A DNA stretch of 64,000 nt, taken from NCBI GenBank assembly GCA_963816185.1, contig CAWFJJ010000028.1, positions 416,001-480,000 of the forward strand. Reading direction: 5' to 3'. The position numbers and the translations under genes were made by a program. The notes under the pieces are model-generated. The model worked only from the letters and a program-made list of their open reading frames with translations. It had not been told where the DNA came from and did not search any database. Positions 28,923 through 37,525 of this stretch are shown piece after piece (the stretch's first letter is position 1; each line of letters starts with the position of its first letter). Origin of the DNA: Thermoanaerobaculia bacterium (GTDB lineage Bacteria > Acidobacteriota > Thermoanaerobaculia > UBA5066).

Positions 28923-29824
28923 AACGTTCGACCGTCGCATGGATCGTCGCGGCCGTCGCGTTCGCGTTTCTCGTGCTGGTCGTCTGCGCCACGGCCCTCG
29001 TCTTCGCGCCGCGCACCGGCGCGCCTCCCCTCGCCCTCGGCGGCCGCGTGGGCGTCGTCGACCTCGAGGGAATCATCCTCTCGGCGGACCGCTTCCGCGA
29101 CATGCTGAAGCGGTTCCACGATGCCTCGAACATCAGGGCCGTCGTCGTGCGCATCAACTCGCCGGGCGGAGGAGTGGCGGCATCGCAGGAGCTCAATAGC
29201 GAGCTTCGACGCTTCCGGCGGGAGACGGGGAAGCCCGTGGTCGTCTCGATGGAGTCCGTCGCCGCCTCGGGCGGCTATTACGCGGCGGTGGCCGCAGATC
29301 ACATCGTGGCGAATCCCGGCACGATCACGGGATCGATCGGCGTCATCATCCAGTGGATGAACTACGGGGACCTCCTCGAGTGGGCGAAGATCCGAACGGT
29401 CACCCTGACGAGCGGTGCGCTCAAGGACGCGGGGAACCCGACCCGCCCGCTCACGGACGAGGAGCGGAAATACTTCGAGGACCTCATCCTGAAGCTCCGG
29501 GCGCAATTTCAGGCGGCCGTCGCCGAAGGCCGGAAAGGCCGGCTCAAGCCGGGCGCGCTCGAGCAGATGTCCGACGGACGCGTCGTCACGGGCGAGGAAG
29601 CGCTCGCGCTGGGGCTCGTGGACGAGATCGGAGACTTCCGCGACGCCGTCGACCGCGCCGCACGGCTCGCGCATCTTTCCGTGCCCGCCGAGATCTGGCA
29701 TCCGCGGCCCATGCGGCCGGGACTCATCGATTTGTTGACGGGAACTTCTGAATCGACATGGACGGGGCGCCTTTTCTCCGGCGCACCGGTGGGGGGCGGA
29801 TGGAACGTCTTCTTTCTGTGGTAG
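28919..29824 (+). CDS. sppA: Signal peptide peptidase SppA (short form)
   Basis: RINSPGG, SMESVAASGGYY, ITGSIGVI, GLVDEIG. Confidence 0.93.
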   Translation: MKRSTVAWIVAAVAFAFLVLVVCATALVFAPRTGAPPLALGGRVGVVDLEGIILSADRFRDMLKRFHDASNIRAVVVRINSPGGGVAASQELNSELRRFRRETGKPVVVSMESVAASGGYYAAVAADHIVANPGTITGSIGVIIQWMNYGDLLEWAKIRTVTLTSGALKDAGNPTRPLTDEERKYFEDLILKLRAQFQAAVAEGRKGRLKPGALEQMSDGRVVTGEEALALGLVDEIGDFRDAVDRAARLAHLSVPAEIWHPRPMRPGLIDLLTGTSESTWTGRLFSGAPVGGGWNVFFLW

Positions 29825-30177
29825 GCCGTGCGGAAGGTACGACGACGAAGGCGGACCTGGTCGAGCAGGTCGCTCACGCCACGGACGTGACCAAGAAGCA
29901 GGCAGAGGTCATCGTGGACTCGGTCTTCGACGGCATCATCGCCTCGCTGAGGTCGGGCCAGAAGATCGAGCTGAGGGGCTTCGGCAGCTTCCGGCTGCGG
30001 CAAAGGGGCGCGCGGATCGCTCGCAATCCGAAGCGCAGCGGCGTGAAGGTCATGGTGCCGCCCAAGCGCGTGCCGTATTTCAAGCCGGGCAAGAAGCTGA
30101 AAGAGCTCATCAATCAGGCGACTCCTGCGGCCCCCCCCGCCGGGGACGACCGGGTTTCGGGAGCCGGCCCGGGCTGA
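29818..30177 (+). CDS. HU/IHF-family DNA-binding protein (IHF beta-like; start uncertain)
   Basis: TKADLVEQVA, IELRGFGSFRLRQRGARIARNPK, VPYFKPGKKLKE. Confidence 0.9.
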   Translation: MVGRAEGTTTKADLVEQVAHATDVTKKQAEVIVDSVFDGIIASLRSGQKIELRGFGSFRLRQRGARIARNPKRSGVKVMVPPKRVPYFKPGKKLKELINQATPAAPPAGDDRVSGAGPG

Positions 30178-30665
30178 TGGAGAGCCTTTACACGCCGTGG
30201 CGCGCGGCGTACCTCGCCGGCGAGGGTGAGGTCGTGACGGGGTGTCTGTTTTGCGTGCTCGCGGGCCGGAACGACGAGGACGGCCTGATCGTCCATCGGG
30301 GCGTGCTCGTGTTCGCCGCGCTGAACCGGTATCCCTACACGAACGGGCATCTCATGCTCGCGCCCTTCGCACACCGAGGATCCGTGTCCTCGATGTCGGC
30401 CGCCGAGCGGCACGAGCTCGTCGACCTCGCGGCGACGTCCGAAGATGTCCTGACCGAGGCCTACCGGCCTCACGGGTTCAACCACGGCTTCAACATCGGC
30501 CGCAGCTCGGGCGCGGGAGTCATCGAACATGCGCATCTGCACGTCGTGCCTCGCTGGGAGGGGGACACGAGCTTCCTGACGGTCGTCGGCGCCACGCGGA
30601 CGATTCCCGAGGAGCTCCCCTTCACGCGGGAGAAGCTCGCCGCAGCGTTCGCCCGCCGCTCGTGA
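30177..30665 (+). CDS. HIT family hydrolase
   Basis: LYTPWR, CLFC, LNRYPYTNGHLM, HAHLHVVPRW. Confidence 0.93.
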   Translation: MESLYTPWRAAYLAGEGEVVTGCLFCVLAGRNDEDGLIVHRGVLVFAALNRYPYTNGHLMLAPFAHRGSVSSMSAAERHELVDLAATSEDVLTEAYRPHGFNHGFNIGRSSGAGVIEHAHLHVVPRWEGDTSFLTVVGATRTIPEELPFTREKLAAAFARRS

Positions 30666-30931
30666 AGCGGCCGGGCCGAGAGCTCGCCCTCCTCGTGCTC
30701 GCATCCGCGGCCGTTCCCGGACTCGGGCACTTCCTACTCGGCCGCCGCGCGCGCGGCGCCGCGTTCTTCGCCCTCGTTCTCGCGACGGCGCTCGTCGGGC
30801 TCTCCCTCGAGCCGTGGAACCTGACCTCGGCCACGTGCGAATACGGGCGCACGTATCTCCTCGTGTCGGCGATCATGCAGATCCTTCTCGTGCTCGACGT
30901 CTTCGAACGGAAATCCGGGTGGCGGGGATGA
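30662..30931 (+). CDS. Small membrane protein (DUF6677-like)
   Basis: VPGLGHFLLGRRARG..EYGRTYLLV..LLVLDVF; overlaps both neighbours by 4 nt. Confidence 0.55.
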   Translation: MKRPGRELALLVLASAAVPGLGHFLLGRRARGAAFFALVLATALVGLSLEPWNLTSATCEYGRTYLLVSAIMQILLVLDVFERKSGWRG

Positions 30932-31107
30932 TCCTGTCAGATCACTTCCCGCTTCTTTTCCTGCTCGCGGCTTTCCTGGCCGCGTTCTTCGCTCTTCTCT
31001 GGAAGGACGACCCCGCCGAAGGGCGCCGTTTCTTCCTGAAGGCTCTCCTCGGCCTCGTGGGCTGCGCCGTGGCCTTCGGCTTCCTGTTCGAGGCGGTGCT
31101 GCGTTGA
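30928..31107 (+). CDS. Small two-TM hypothetical protein
   Basis: MILSDHFPLLFLLAAF..; 4-nt overlaps on both sides. Confidence 0.55.
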   Translation: MILSDHFPLLFLLAAFLAAFFALLWKDDPAEGRRFFLKALLGLVGCAVAFGFLFEAVLR

Positions 31108-32262
31108 AGCTCCTCGTCGTGGCGGGAGAGGTCTCCGGCGACCAGCACGCGAGCGCGCTCCTCGCCGCGCTCGGGGCCCGCGTTGGTGCGCTCGAGACCT
31201 TCGGCGTCGGGGGCGAAGGCTGCCGACGCGAAGGAATGCGGCTTCTCGCGCATCAGAAGGACCTCGCGGTCGTGGGTTTCGTCGAGGCGCTCGCGAAAGC
31301 TGCGATATGCGCGGCGGCTCATCGGCTCGCTCGCGGCGGAGGCCGTAAGAGAGAAAGCCGACGGCGCCGTCCTCATCGACTCGCCGGACTTCAATCTTCC
31401 CCTCGCGAAGCGCCTCTTTCGCGCCGGGATCCCCGTCGTGTTCTATGTCTCGCCCCAGGTGTGGGCGTGGCGGAGCTCCCGCGCGGAGACGATCGCGGCC
31501 CTGGGGCGCGCGGTTCTCGTCCTGTTTCGCTTCGAAAAACGCTGGTGGGACGCCCGCGGCCTCGGCGCCAAGGCGACCTGGGTGGGCCATCCGCTCGTGG
31601 ACCGCGCCGCCGAAGAGCTCGCGACTCCGGCGCCGCGGCCGCCCGGGGGCGCGCGCCGCGTCGTCCTGATGCCGGGCTCGCGCTCCGGCGAGATCCGCCG
31701 CAACCTGCCCGTCCTGCGCGACGCCGTCCGCCTGCTTCGGCAGACTCGTCCCGATCTCGAGATCGTTCTCGTGAGGGCCGACTCGATTCCGGCGGATCTC
31801 CCGCGCAGCGTGGCCGGGCCTGACATCGATTCGTGGCGCGTCGTCACGGGCCCGCACCTCGCGCTCCTCGCGGCGTCGGACGTCGTCCTCGTCGCGTCCG
31901 GAACGGCGACCGTGGAAGGGCTTCTCGCGAACGTCCCGATGGTCGTCGTCTATCGCGTTCATCCGCTGACGTTCTGGCTCGCGCGCCGGCTCGTGAAAGT
32001 GCCCTTCGTCGCGATGGCGAATCTCGTGAGCGACGACGGCTCCGGGAAAGGGACGGTGCCGGAGCTGGTGCAGAGTGATGCCACGCCGGAGCGTGTCGCG
32101 GCCGAAGCGGCCGCCTATCTGGACGACCCGGCCCGCTCGGCGAGTACACGCGCGCGCCTCGCGCGCGGGCTCGAGGAGCTCGGGCCGCCCGGCGCGCCGG
32201 GCCGCACGGCGGACGCTCTCGTGGCCGCGCTCGCGGCTGCTGCCTCGGAGAGTCCCGCGTGA
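31104..32262 (+). CDS. lpxB: Lipid-A-disaccharide synthase (apparent frameshift ~31297)
   Basis: VAGEVSGDQH, LAVVGFVE, LIDSPDFN, YVSPQVWAWR, VGHPL, MPGSRSGE, SGTATVE. Confidence 0.93.
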
Positions 32263-34160
32263 GCGATTTCCGGCGGCTCCTCCGTATCTTCCGGCCGCAC
32301 CGGTCCGCGGCTCTCGCCGCGATCCTCGCCATGCTGGGCGTCGCCGTGTTCACGGGCCTCGTGACGTATCTGTTCGGCCCGCTTTTCGATCAGGTCCTCA
32401 CGCCCGAAGCGCGGACCGCCGTGATGTCCCATGCCGGCGCCGCGCCCGGCCTCGGGTCGGTGGTCGGCGAGAAGTCCGTCGTGAGGCGGACGGCCGTCGC
32501 GAAGGCTCTCGACGCGGGACTCGCTTCCGTCGAAGCGGCGCTCGGCGCCACGGAGAAGACGCGCGCCTTCGTCCTGCCTCTTCTCCTCCTCGCTGCGTTC
32601 GTCCTCAAGAACCTCTGCGCCTTCGTCGCCGAGTACCGGTTCAACGCGGTCGGGCTCGCGTTCGTGAGGGACCTGAGGAAGACGCTCTACGAGAAAGTCC
32701 TCGGCCAGTCCGGAGCGTTCTTCGCGCGCCACCCGTCAGGCGATCTCATCGCGCGGGTGACGGGCGACGTCGACCGCGTTCAGAGCCTGTTCGGGACCGA
32801 TCTCGCGGATCTCGTCCAGTCCCTCGCGACGCTCGCGGTCCTCCTCGTCGTCGTCGTCTCGCTCTCGCCCCAGCTCACGCTCGTCGCCCTCCTCATCACG
32901 CCCGCGATCGTCGTGCCGGTCGTCGTCATCGCGAAGCGTCTCCGCGCCCTCTCGCGGTCGGCGCGCGAGCGGATGGGGGACCTCACGGGCGTCCTTTCCG
33001 AGACCATCCGGGGTGCGCGCGTCGTCCAGGCCTACGGCGCCGAGCGCTGGGAGACCGAGCGGTTCTCCGAGGTCAACGAGCGCACGTTCCGTCTCGCGCG
33101 CAAGGGGGCGCGCGTCATGGCGTTTTCGTCGCCCCTCGTCGAGACGGCTTCGGTCCTGGCGTTCCTCCTCCTCCTCGCCTATGCGACGACGCGGATCGCG
33201 GCGGGCAAGATGACGCTCGGCACGTTCATCTCGTACGGCGTGGGACTCGCGATGATGTACCAGCCCTTCAAGCGCGCGACGCGCACGAATCTCGCTCTCC
33301 AGCAGGCTCTGGCTTCCGCTCGCCGGCTCTTCGAGGTGCTCGACGCACCGAACGACGTCCTCGACCGGCCCGGTGCCCGACCGATCGCCGGCTTTTCCCG
33401 CGAGATTCTCTTCGAGGGGGTCTCCTTCGCTTACGGCGACGGCGAGCTCGTCCTCGACGGCGTGGACCTCGCGCTTCGCCGCGGCTCGGTGACCGCCCTC
33501 GTCGGCCCTTCCGGCGCCGGAAAATCCACGCTCGCCGCGCTTCTCCCGCGCTTCATGGATCCGACGGCCGGCCGCGTCACCCTCGACGGGGTCGACCTTC
33601 GTGACGTGACGCTCGCCTCGCTTCGGGCGCACATCGGTCTCGTGACCCAGGACGTCGTCCTCTTCGACGAGACCGTGCGGCGCAACGTCGCCTACGGCCG
33701 TCCCGACGTGGCCGAGACGGACGTCCGCGACGCCCTCGCCGCCGCGAACGCCCTCGCGTTCGTCGACGCGCTTCCCGACGGTCTCGACACGCGGGTGGGG
33801 GAGGGCGGCGCGCGCCTCTCGGGCGGCCAGCGCCAGCGCCTCGCGATCGCGCGCGCGATCCTCAAGGACCCGCCCATCCTCGTCCTCGACGAGGCGACGT
33901 CGGCGCTCGACGCCGAGAGCGAGCGGGCCGTGCAGGAGGCCCTCGAGCGCCTCATGGCCGGGCGCACCGTTCTCGTCATCGCGCACCGACTCTCCACCGT
34001 GCGCCGAGCCGACCAGCTCGTCGTGCTCGACGCGGGCCGAATCGTGGAGCGCGGCCGGCACGCGGACCTCCTCGCGGCCGGAGGGTTGTATCGTCGCCTC
34101 CACGATCTGCAGGTTTTCGAGCCGGCGCGCGAGACGGCGGCGGCGGGGAGCGACGGATGA
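32259..34160 (+). CDS. msbA: MsbA-like ABC exporter (TMD + NBD)
   Basis: TM region, GPSGAGKST, LSGGQRQRLAIARA, LDEATSALD; follows lpxB. Confidence 0.8.
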   Translation: MSDFRRLLRIFRPHRSAALAAILAMLGVAVFTGLVTYLFGPLFDQVLTPEARTAVMSHAGAAPGLGSVVGEKSVVRRTAVAKALDAGLASVEAALGATEKTRAFVLPLLLLAAFVLKNLCAFVAEYRFNAVGLAFVRDLRKTLYEKVLGQSGAFFARHPSGDLIARVTGDVDRVQSLFGTDLADLVQSLATLAVLLVVVVSLSPQLTLVALLITPAIVVPVVVIAKRLRALSRSARERMGDLTGVLSETIRGARVVQAYGAERWETERFSEVNERTFRLARKGARVMAFSSPLVETASVLAFLLLLAYATTRIAAGKMTLGTFISYGVGLAMMYQPFKRATRTNLALQQALASARRLFEVLDAPNDVLDRPGARPIAGFSREILFEGVSFAYGDGELVLDGVDLALRRGSVTALVGPSGAGKSTLAALLPRFMDPTAGRVTLDGVDLRDVTLASLRAHIGLVTQDVVLFDETVRRNVAYGRPDVAETDVRDALAAANALAFVDALPDGLDTRVGEGGARLSGGQRQRLAIARAILKDPPILVLDEATSALDAESERAVQEALERLMAGRTVLVIAHRLSTVRRADQLVVLDAGRIVERGRHADLLAAGGLYRRLHDLQVFEPARETAAAGSDG

Positions 34161-35035
34161 AATCCATGACCGGATTCGGCCGCGCAGCCGGCACGTTGCC
34201 GGACGGCACGGAGGCGAACGTCGTCGTGCGCGGCGTGAACCACCGCTTCCTGGACGTTGCCGTGAAGCTCCGCGACGAGTACGCCTCGGCCGAACCGGCC
34301 ATCCGAAAGGCCGTGGCGGCGGTCGCGTCGCGCGGGCACGTGGACGTCCTCGTCCGGACGACGCGGCCTGCGGGGGCAGCGGGAGCCGCCCGCTTCGACA
34401 TGGAACTGGCGGAGCGTTACGCGAGGATCTGGAAAGAGGATTCTTCGAACAGAGGATTGCCCGGTGAGCTCTCTCCGCGCGACCTCCTCAGTCTGCCGGG
34501 CGTCGTCCGGCAGGAAGAGGCCGCGCCGGGCGAGGGCACCTTCGAAGAAATCTTCGTTGCTCTGGTCGAAAAGGCGCTCGCCGACTTCGACGAGAGCCGG
34601 TCGCGGGAAGGCGCCGCTCTCGCTCTTACCTTCGAAGAAATCCTCAAAAAGATCGAGGGTGGAGTGACACGGCTCGACGCGGAACGAGTCGGCATATCGG
34701 AACGCATTCAAAGCAGCCTCAAAGAGCGCATCGCGAAGCTGGCGGCCGGCGTCCCGCTCGACGAGGCGCGCCTGGCGCAGGAGGTCGCGCAGCTCGCCGA
34801 CCGCGCCGACATCACGGAGGAGATCGACCGCCTGAAGACGCATGTCGTCGAGGTCCGGCGCCTGCTCGCTTCGCCGGGGCCCGTGGGGCGGCGCCTCGAC
34901 CATCTCGCACAGGAGCTCCACCGCGAGGTCAACACCTCCGGCTCGAAGGTGAGGGAGGCCGGCGCGACGAAGCTGGTCCTCGACCTGAAATCCGACCTCG
35001 AGACCTTCAAGGAACAGGTCCAGAACGTCGAATGA
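34157..35035 (+). CDS. yicC: YicC/YloC family endoribonuclease
   Basis: MKSMTGFGR, VNHRFLD, DITEEIDRL, GRRLD..QELHREVNT.GSK, EQVQNVE. Confidence 0.93.
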   Translation: MKSMTGFGRAAGTLPDGTEANVVVRGVNHRFLDVAVKLRDEYASAEPAIRKAVAAVASRGHVDVLVRTTRPAGAAGAARFDMELAERYARIWKEDSSNRGLPGELSPRDLLSLPGVVRQEEAAPGEGTFEEIFVALVEKALADFDESRSREGAALALTFEEILKKIEGGVTRLDAERVGISERIQSSLKERIAKLAAGVPLDEARLAQEVAQLADRADITEEIDRLKTHVVEVRRLLASPGPVGRRLDHLAQELHREVNTSGSKVREAGATKLVLDLKSDLETFKEQVQNVE

Positions 35036-35045
35036 GAGGCGCGCG

Positions 35046-35669
35046 ATGAGCCGCGGCGATCTTTTCATCGTCTCCTCGCCTTCGGGAGCGGGCAAGACGA
35101 CGCTCATCCACCGGGTGCTCGAAGATCCGCGCATCGGCGGCTCGCTGCACTTCTCGGTGTCGCACACGACGCGGGCGCCGCGGGCGGGCGAGCGCGACGG
35201 GGTCGAGTATCACTTCGTGGACGAGGCCGGCTTCCGCGCCATCGAGGAAAGAGGCGGGTTCCTCGAGTGGGCCGTCGTCCACGGGAACCTCTACGGCACG
35301 TCGCGGGCGGAAGTCGAGCCGCGCCTCGAGAAAGGCCTCGACGTCCTCCTCGACATCGACGTCCAGGGTGCGCGACAAGTGCGCTCTCACGTGCCCGACG
35401 CCGTGAAGGTGATCGTCTTCCCCCCGTCTCGCGAGGTTCTCGAGGCGCGCCTCAAGGCCCGGGCCTCCGACGCTCCGGACGTCGTCCGGCGCCGGCTCGC
35501 GGCGGCCCGCAAGGAGATGGAAGAGTGGGGCGAATACGACTATGCGATAATCAACGAGGATCTGGAGGCCGCGGTGGACGAGCTTCGCTCGATCCTCGTG
35601 GCGCGGCGGGCGGGGAAAAGCCGCCGGCGTGAGCGCCTCGAATCGATCCTCAGGAGCTTCGCGCCCTGA
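35046..35669 (+). CDS. gmk: Guanylate kinase
   Basis: SSPSGAGKTT, SVSHTTRAPRAGERDGVEYHFV, YGTS, DIDVQGA. Confidence 0.97.
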   Translation: MSRGDLFIVSSPSGAGKTTLIHRVLEDPRIGGSLHFSVSHTTRAPRAGERDGVEYHFVDEAGFRAIEERGGFLEWAVVHGNLYGTSRAEVEPRLEKGLDVLLDIDVQGARQVRSHVPDAVKVIVFPPSREVLEARLKARASDAPDVVRRRLAAARKEMEEWGEYDYAIINEDLEAAVDELRSILVARRAGKSRRRERLESILRSFAP

Positions 35670-35692
35670 ATCTCACGGAGGACACTCTCTTC

Positions 35693-35923
35693 ATGTCGCA
35701 GCTTCCGCCGAACGTCGAGTCGAAGTTCCGCCTCGTCCACATCGCCGCCCGGCGCGCCGAGCAGCTCGTCCAGGGCGCGCGCCCGAAGATCGAGAGCAAG
35801 CACGCAAAGGTCACGCGCATCGCGCTTCAGGAAGTGAACGCCGATCTCGTGCGCTGGCAGCTCGCGTCGCCCGAACCGGTCGTGGAAGAGACTCCGACCG
35901 TCGACCTGCTTCCCACCGAGTGA
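35693..35923 (+). CDS. rpoZ: RNA polymerase omega subunit
   Basis: SKFRLVHIAARRAEQL, IALQEV; follows gmk. Confidence 0.92.
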   Translation: MSQLPPNVESKFRLVHIAARRAEQLVQGARPKIESKHAKVTRIALQEVNADLVRWQLASPEPVVEETPTVDLLPTE

Positions 35924-35930
35924 TCTCCGG

Positions 35931-36869
35931 GTGACCCCCGCGCGGCCTGGCCATGGCTCCGACGCGCTGAGGGAAACCCTCGCCTACTACCGCGACCTGG
36001 GGGTGGCAGAACTCTATCTGACGCGATCTCCTGGTCATGCGGCGTCCGAAGAGCACGAGGAGAAGGAGATTTCTGCGAATGTGAATCAGGCGGAGGGCAA
36101 TGCCGCGGCAGGATCCGCAGCGGCGGCGCACGCCGCACCGGCGTCCTTATTCACCTTCGAAGAAAACGCGCCCTATCACGGCGCTTCTAGGACCGCTCGA
36201 AGCGGGCCGCCCGCGCCAGGCGCCTCTTCCACCTTCGAAGAAAATGCTCCGTACCCCGCTACTTCGAAGTCAGCCGGAAACGCGAGCGCTTTGGAGCTGA
36301 AGTCTCTAGCAAGAATCGTCTCCTCCTGCGTCACGTGCCGCCTGTGCAAAACCCGCAAGCAGACGGTCTTTTCGGACGGGTCGCCCGATGCCCGGATCAT
36401 GTTCATCGGGGAGGCGCCCGGGGCCGACGAGGACCGGCAGGGCGTGCCGTTCGTCGGCCGTGCGGGGCAGCTCCTGACGAGAATGATCGAGGACGGCATG
36501 GGCCTCCCGCGCAGGTCCGTCTATATCGCGAACGTGCTGAAGTGCCGGCCCCCCGACAACCGGAACCCGGAGCCGGACGAGATCGCTTCGTGCCGCGGCT
36601 ATCTGGAACGGCAGATCGACCTCGTGAAGCCCGAGGTGATCGTCGCGCTCGGCAAGTTCGCGGCGCAGTTCCTCCTCGGGACCGAGGAAGGCATCATGCG
36701 TCTGCGCGGGAAGTGGGGAAGCTACCGCGGGATTCCGGTGATGCCCACGTTTCACCCCTCGTTCCTTCTGAGGCAGCCTGCCCAGAAGAAGGAAGCGTGG
36801 GAGGATCTCCTCGCCGTTCTTTCGAGGCTCGGAATCGATCCTCCGGCTCGAAGGGGAAAAGCGACGTGA
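35931..36869 (+). CDS. Uracil-DNA glycosylase family 4 with extended N-terminal linker
   Basis: [42 protein letters not shown]. Confidence 0.93.
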   Translation: MTPARPGHGSDALRETLAYYRDLGVAELYLTRSPGHAASEEHEEKEISANVNQAEGNAAAGSAAAAHAAPASLFTFEENAPYHGASRTARSGPPAPGASSTFEENAPYPATSKSAGNASALELKSLARIVSSCVTCRLCKTRKQTVFSDGSPDARIMFIGEAPGADEDRQGVPFVGRAGQLLTRMIEDGMGLPRRSVYIANVLKCRPPDNRNPEPDEIASCRGYLERQIDLVKPEVIVALGKFAAQFLLGTEEGIMRLRGKWGSYRGIPVMPTFHPSFLLRQPAQKKEAWEDLLAVLSRLGIDPPARRGKAT

Positions 36870-37525
36870 ACCTTCGCCTTCGTCATGTCCTCCTCGCCGT
36901 CGGCGTTGCCGCCGCGATCGCGGCTGCGGCTGTGCTCCTGACGAGCCACGCCGCCAGGCCTGCCAGGCCCGCCCGGACGGCGCCGCCGCCCGCCGACACA
37001 CGCGGGCTCGACGCGTCTGGCCGGACCAAGGCCGAGCGCCTCGCGGTCGAGGAAGCGCTCGCCCAATTCAAGAAGGACGGGCTCCTCCTCCGGTCCGCAG
37101 AGGACGGCGACGCGGCGGAATCCGACGAGCGACGGGACCTCGAGGCCGTCTACGGGAGCTACCACCCTTTCTTCGTCCGCGGGGACCTCGACGGCGACGG
37201 ACGATTGGACTTCGCGCAGGCCTTCGTGGAAAAGGGGTCGAGCGGTCCCTGGTTCCACGTGGCGGTCTTCTTCGGCACCGCGGACGGCGCTTTCCAGAAG
37301 CCTCTCTGGGTCGAGCGCGCGATCTCTCTGTCGACGGGCGACCTGACGATCGACCGTTCGCTCCTCGTCGTGACGCCCGACCTCGCGCTCGATCCGACAC
37401 GCCGTTGGCGCTGGGAGGCCGGCGAGAAGCGCTTCGTCGACGCCGACGAGGATTCCGGGCGCGAGCCGCCCGACGAGGACGCGCCCGACGAGACCCCCGA
37501 CCAGAAACCGAGGACGCGCGTCTGA
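36866..37525 (+). CDS. Hypothetical exported protein with an FG-GAP-like motif
   Basis: N-terminal hydrophobic segment; GDLDGDGRLDFA; GTGA overlap with the UDG stop. Confidence 0.6.
   Translation: MNLRLRHVLLAVGVAAAIAAAAVLLTSHAARPARPARTAPPPADTRGLDASGRTKAERLAVEEALAQFKKDGLLLRSAEDGDAAESDERRDLEAVYGSYHPFFVRGDLDGDGRLDFAQAFVEKGSSGPWFHVAVFFGTADGAFQKPLWVERAISLSTGDLTIDRSLLVVTPDLALDPTRRWRWEAGEKRFVDADEDSGREPPDEDAPDETPDQKPRTRV

Noticed and set aside
678-31300. Frameshifts in oppA (3), the S53 peptidase (3), trpS and lpxB as pseudogenes or programmed frameshifts
   Set aside because: They are small indels without in-frame stops or other decay, they hit normally essential genes (trpS, lpxB), and I saw no slippery heptamers. 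Most likely long-read assembly errors; read polishing would settle it.
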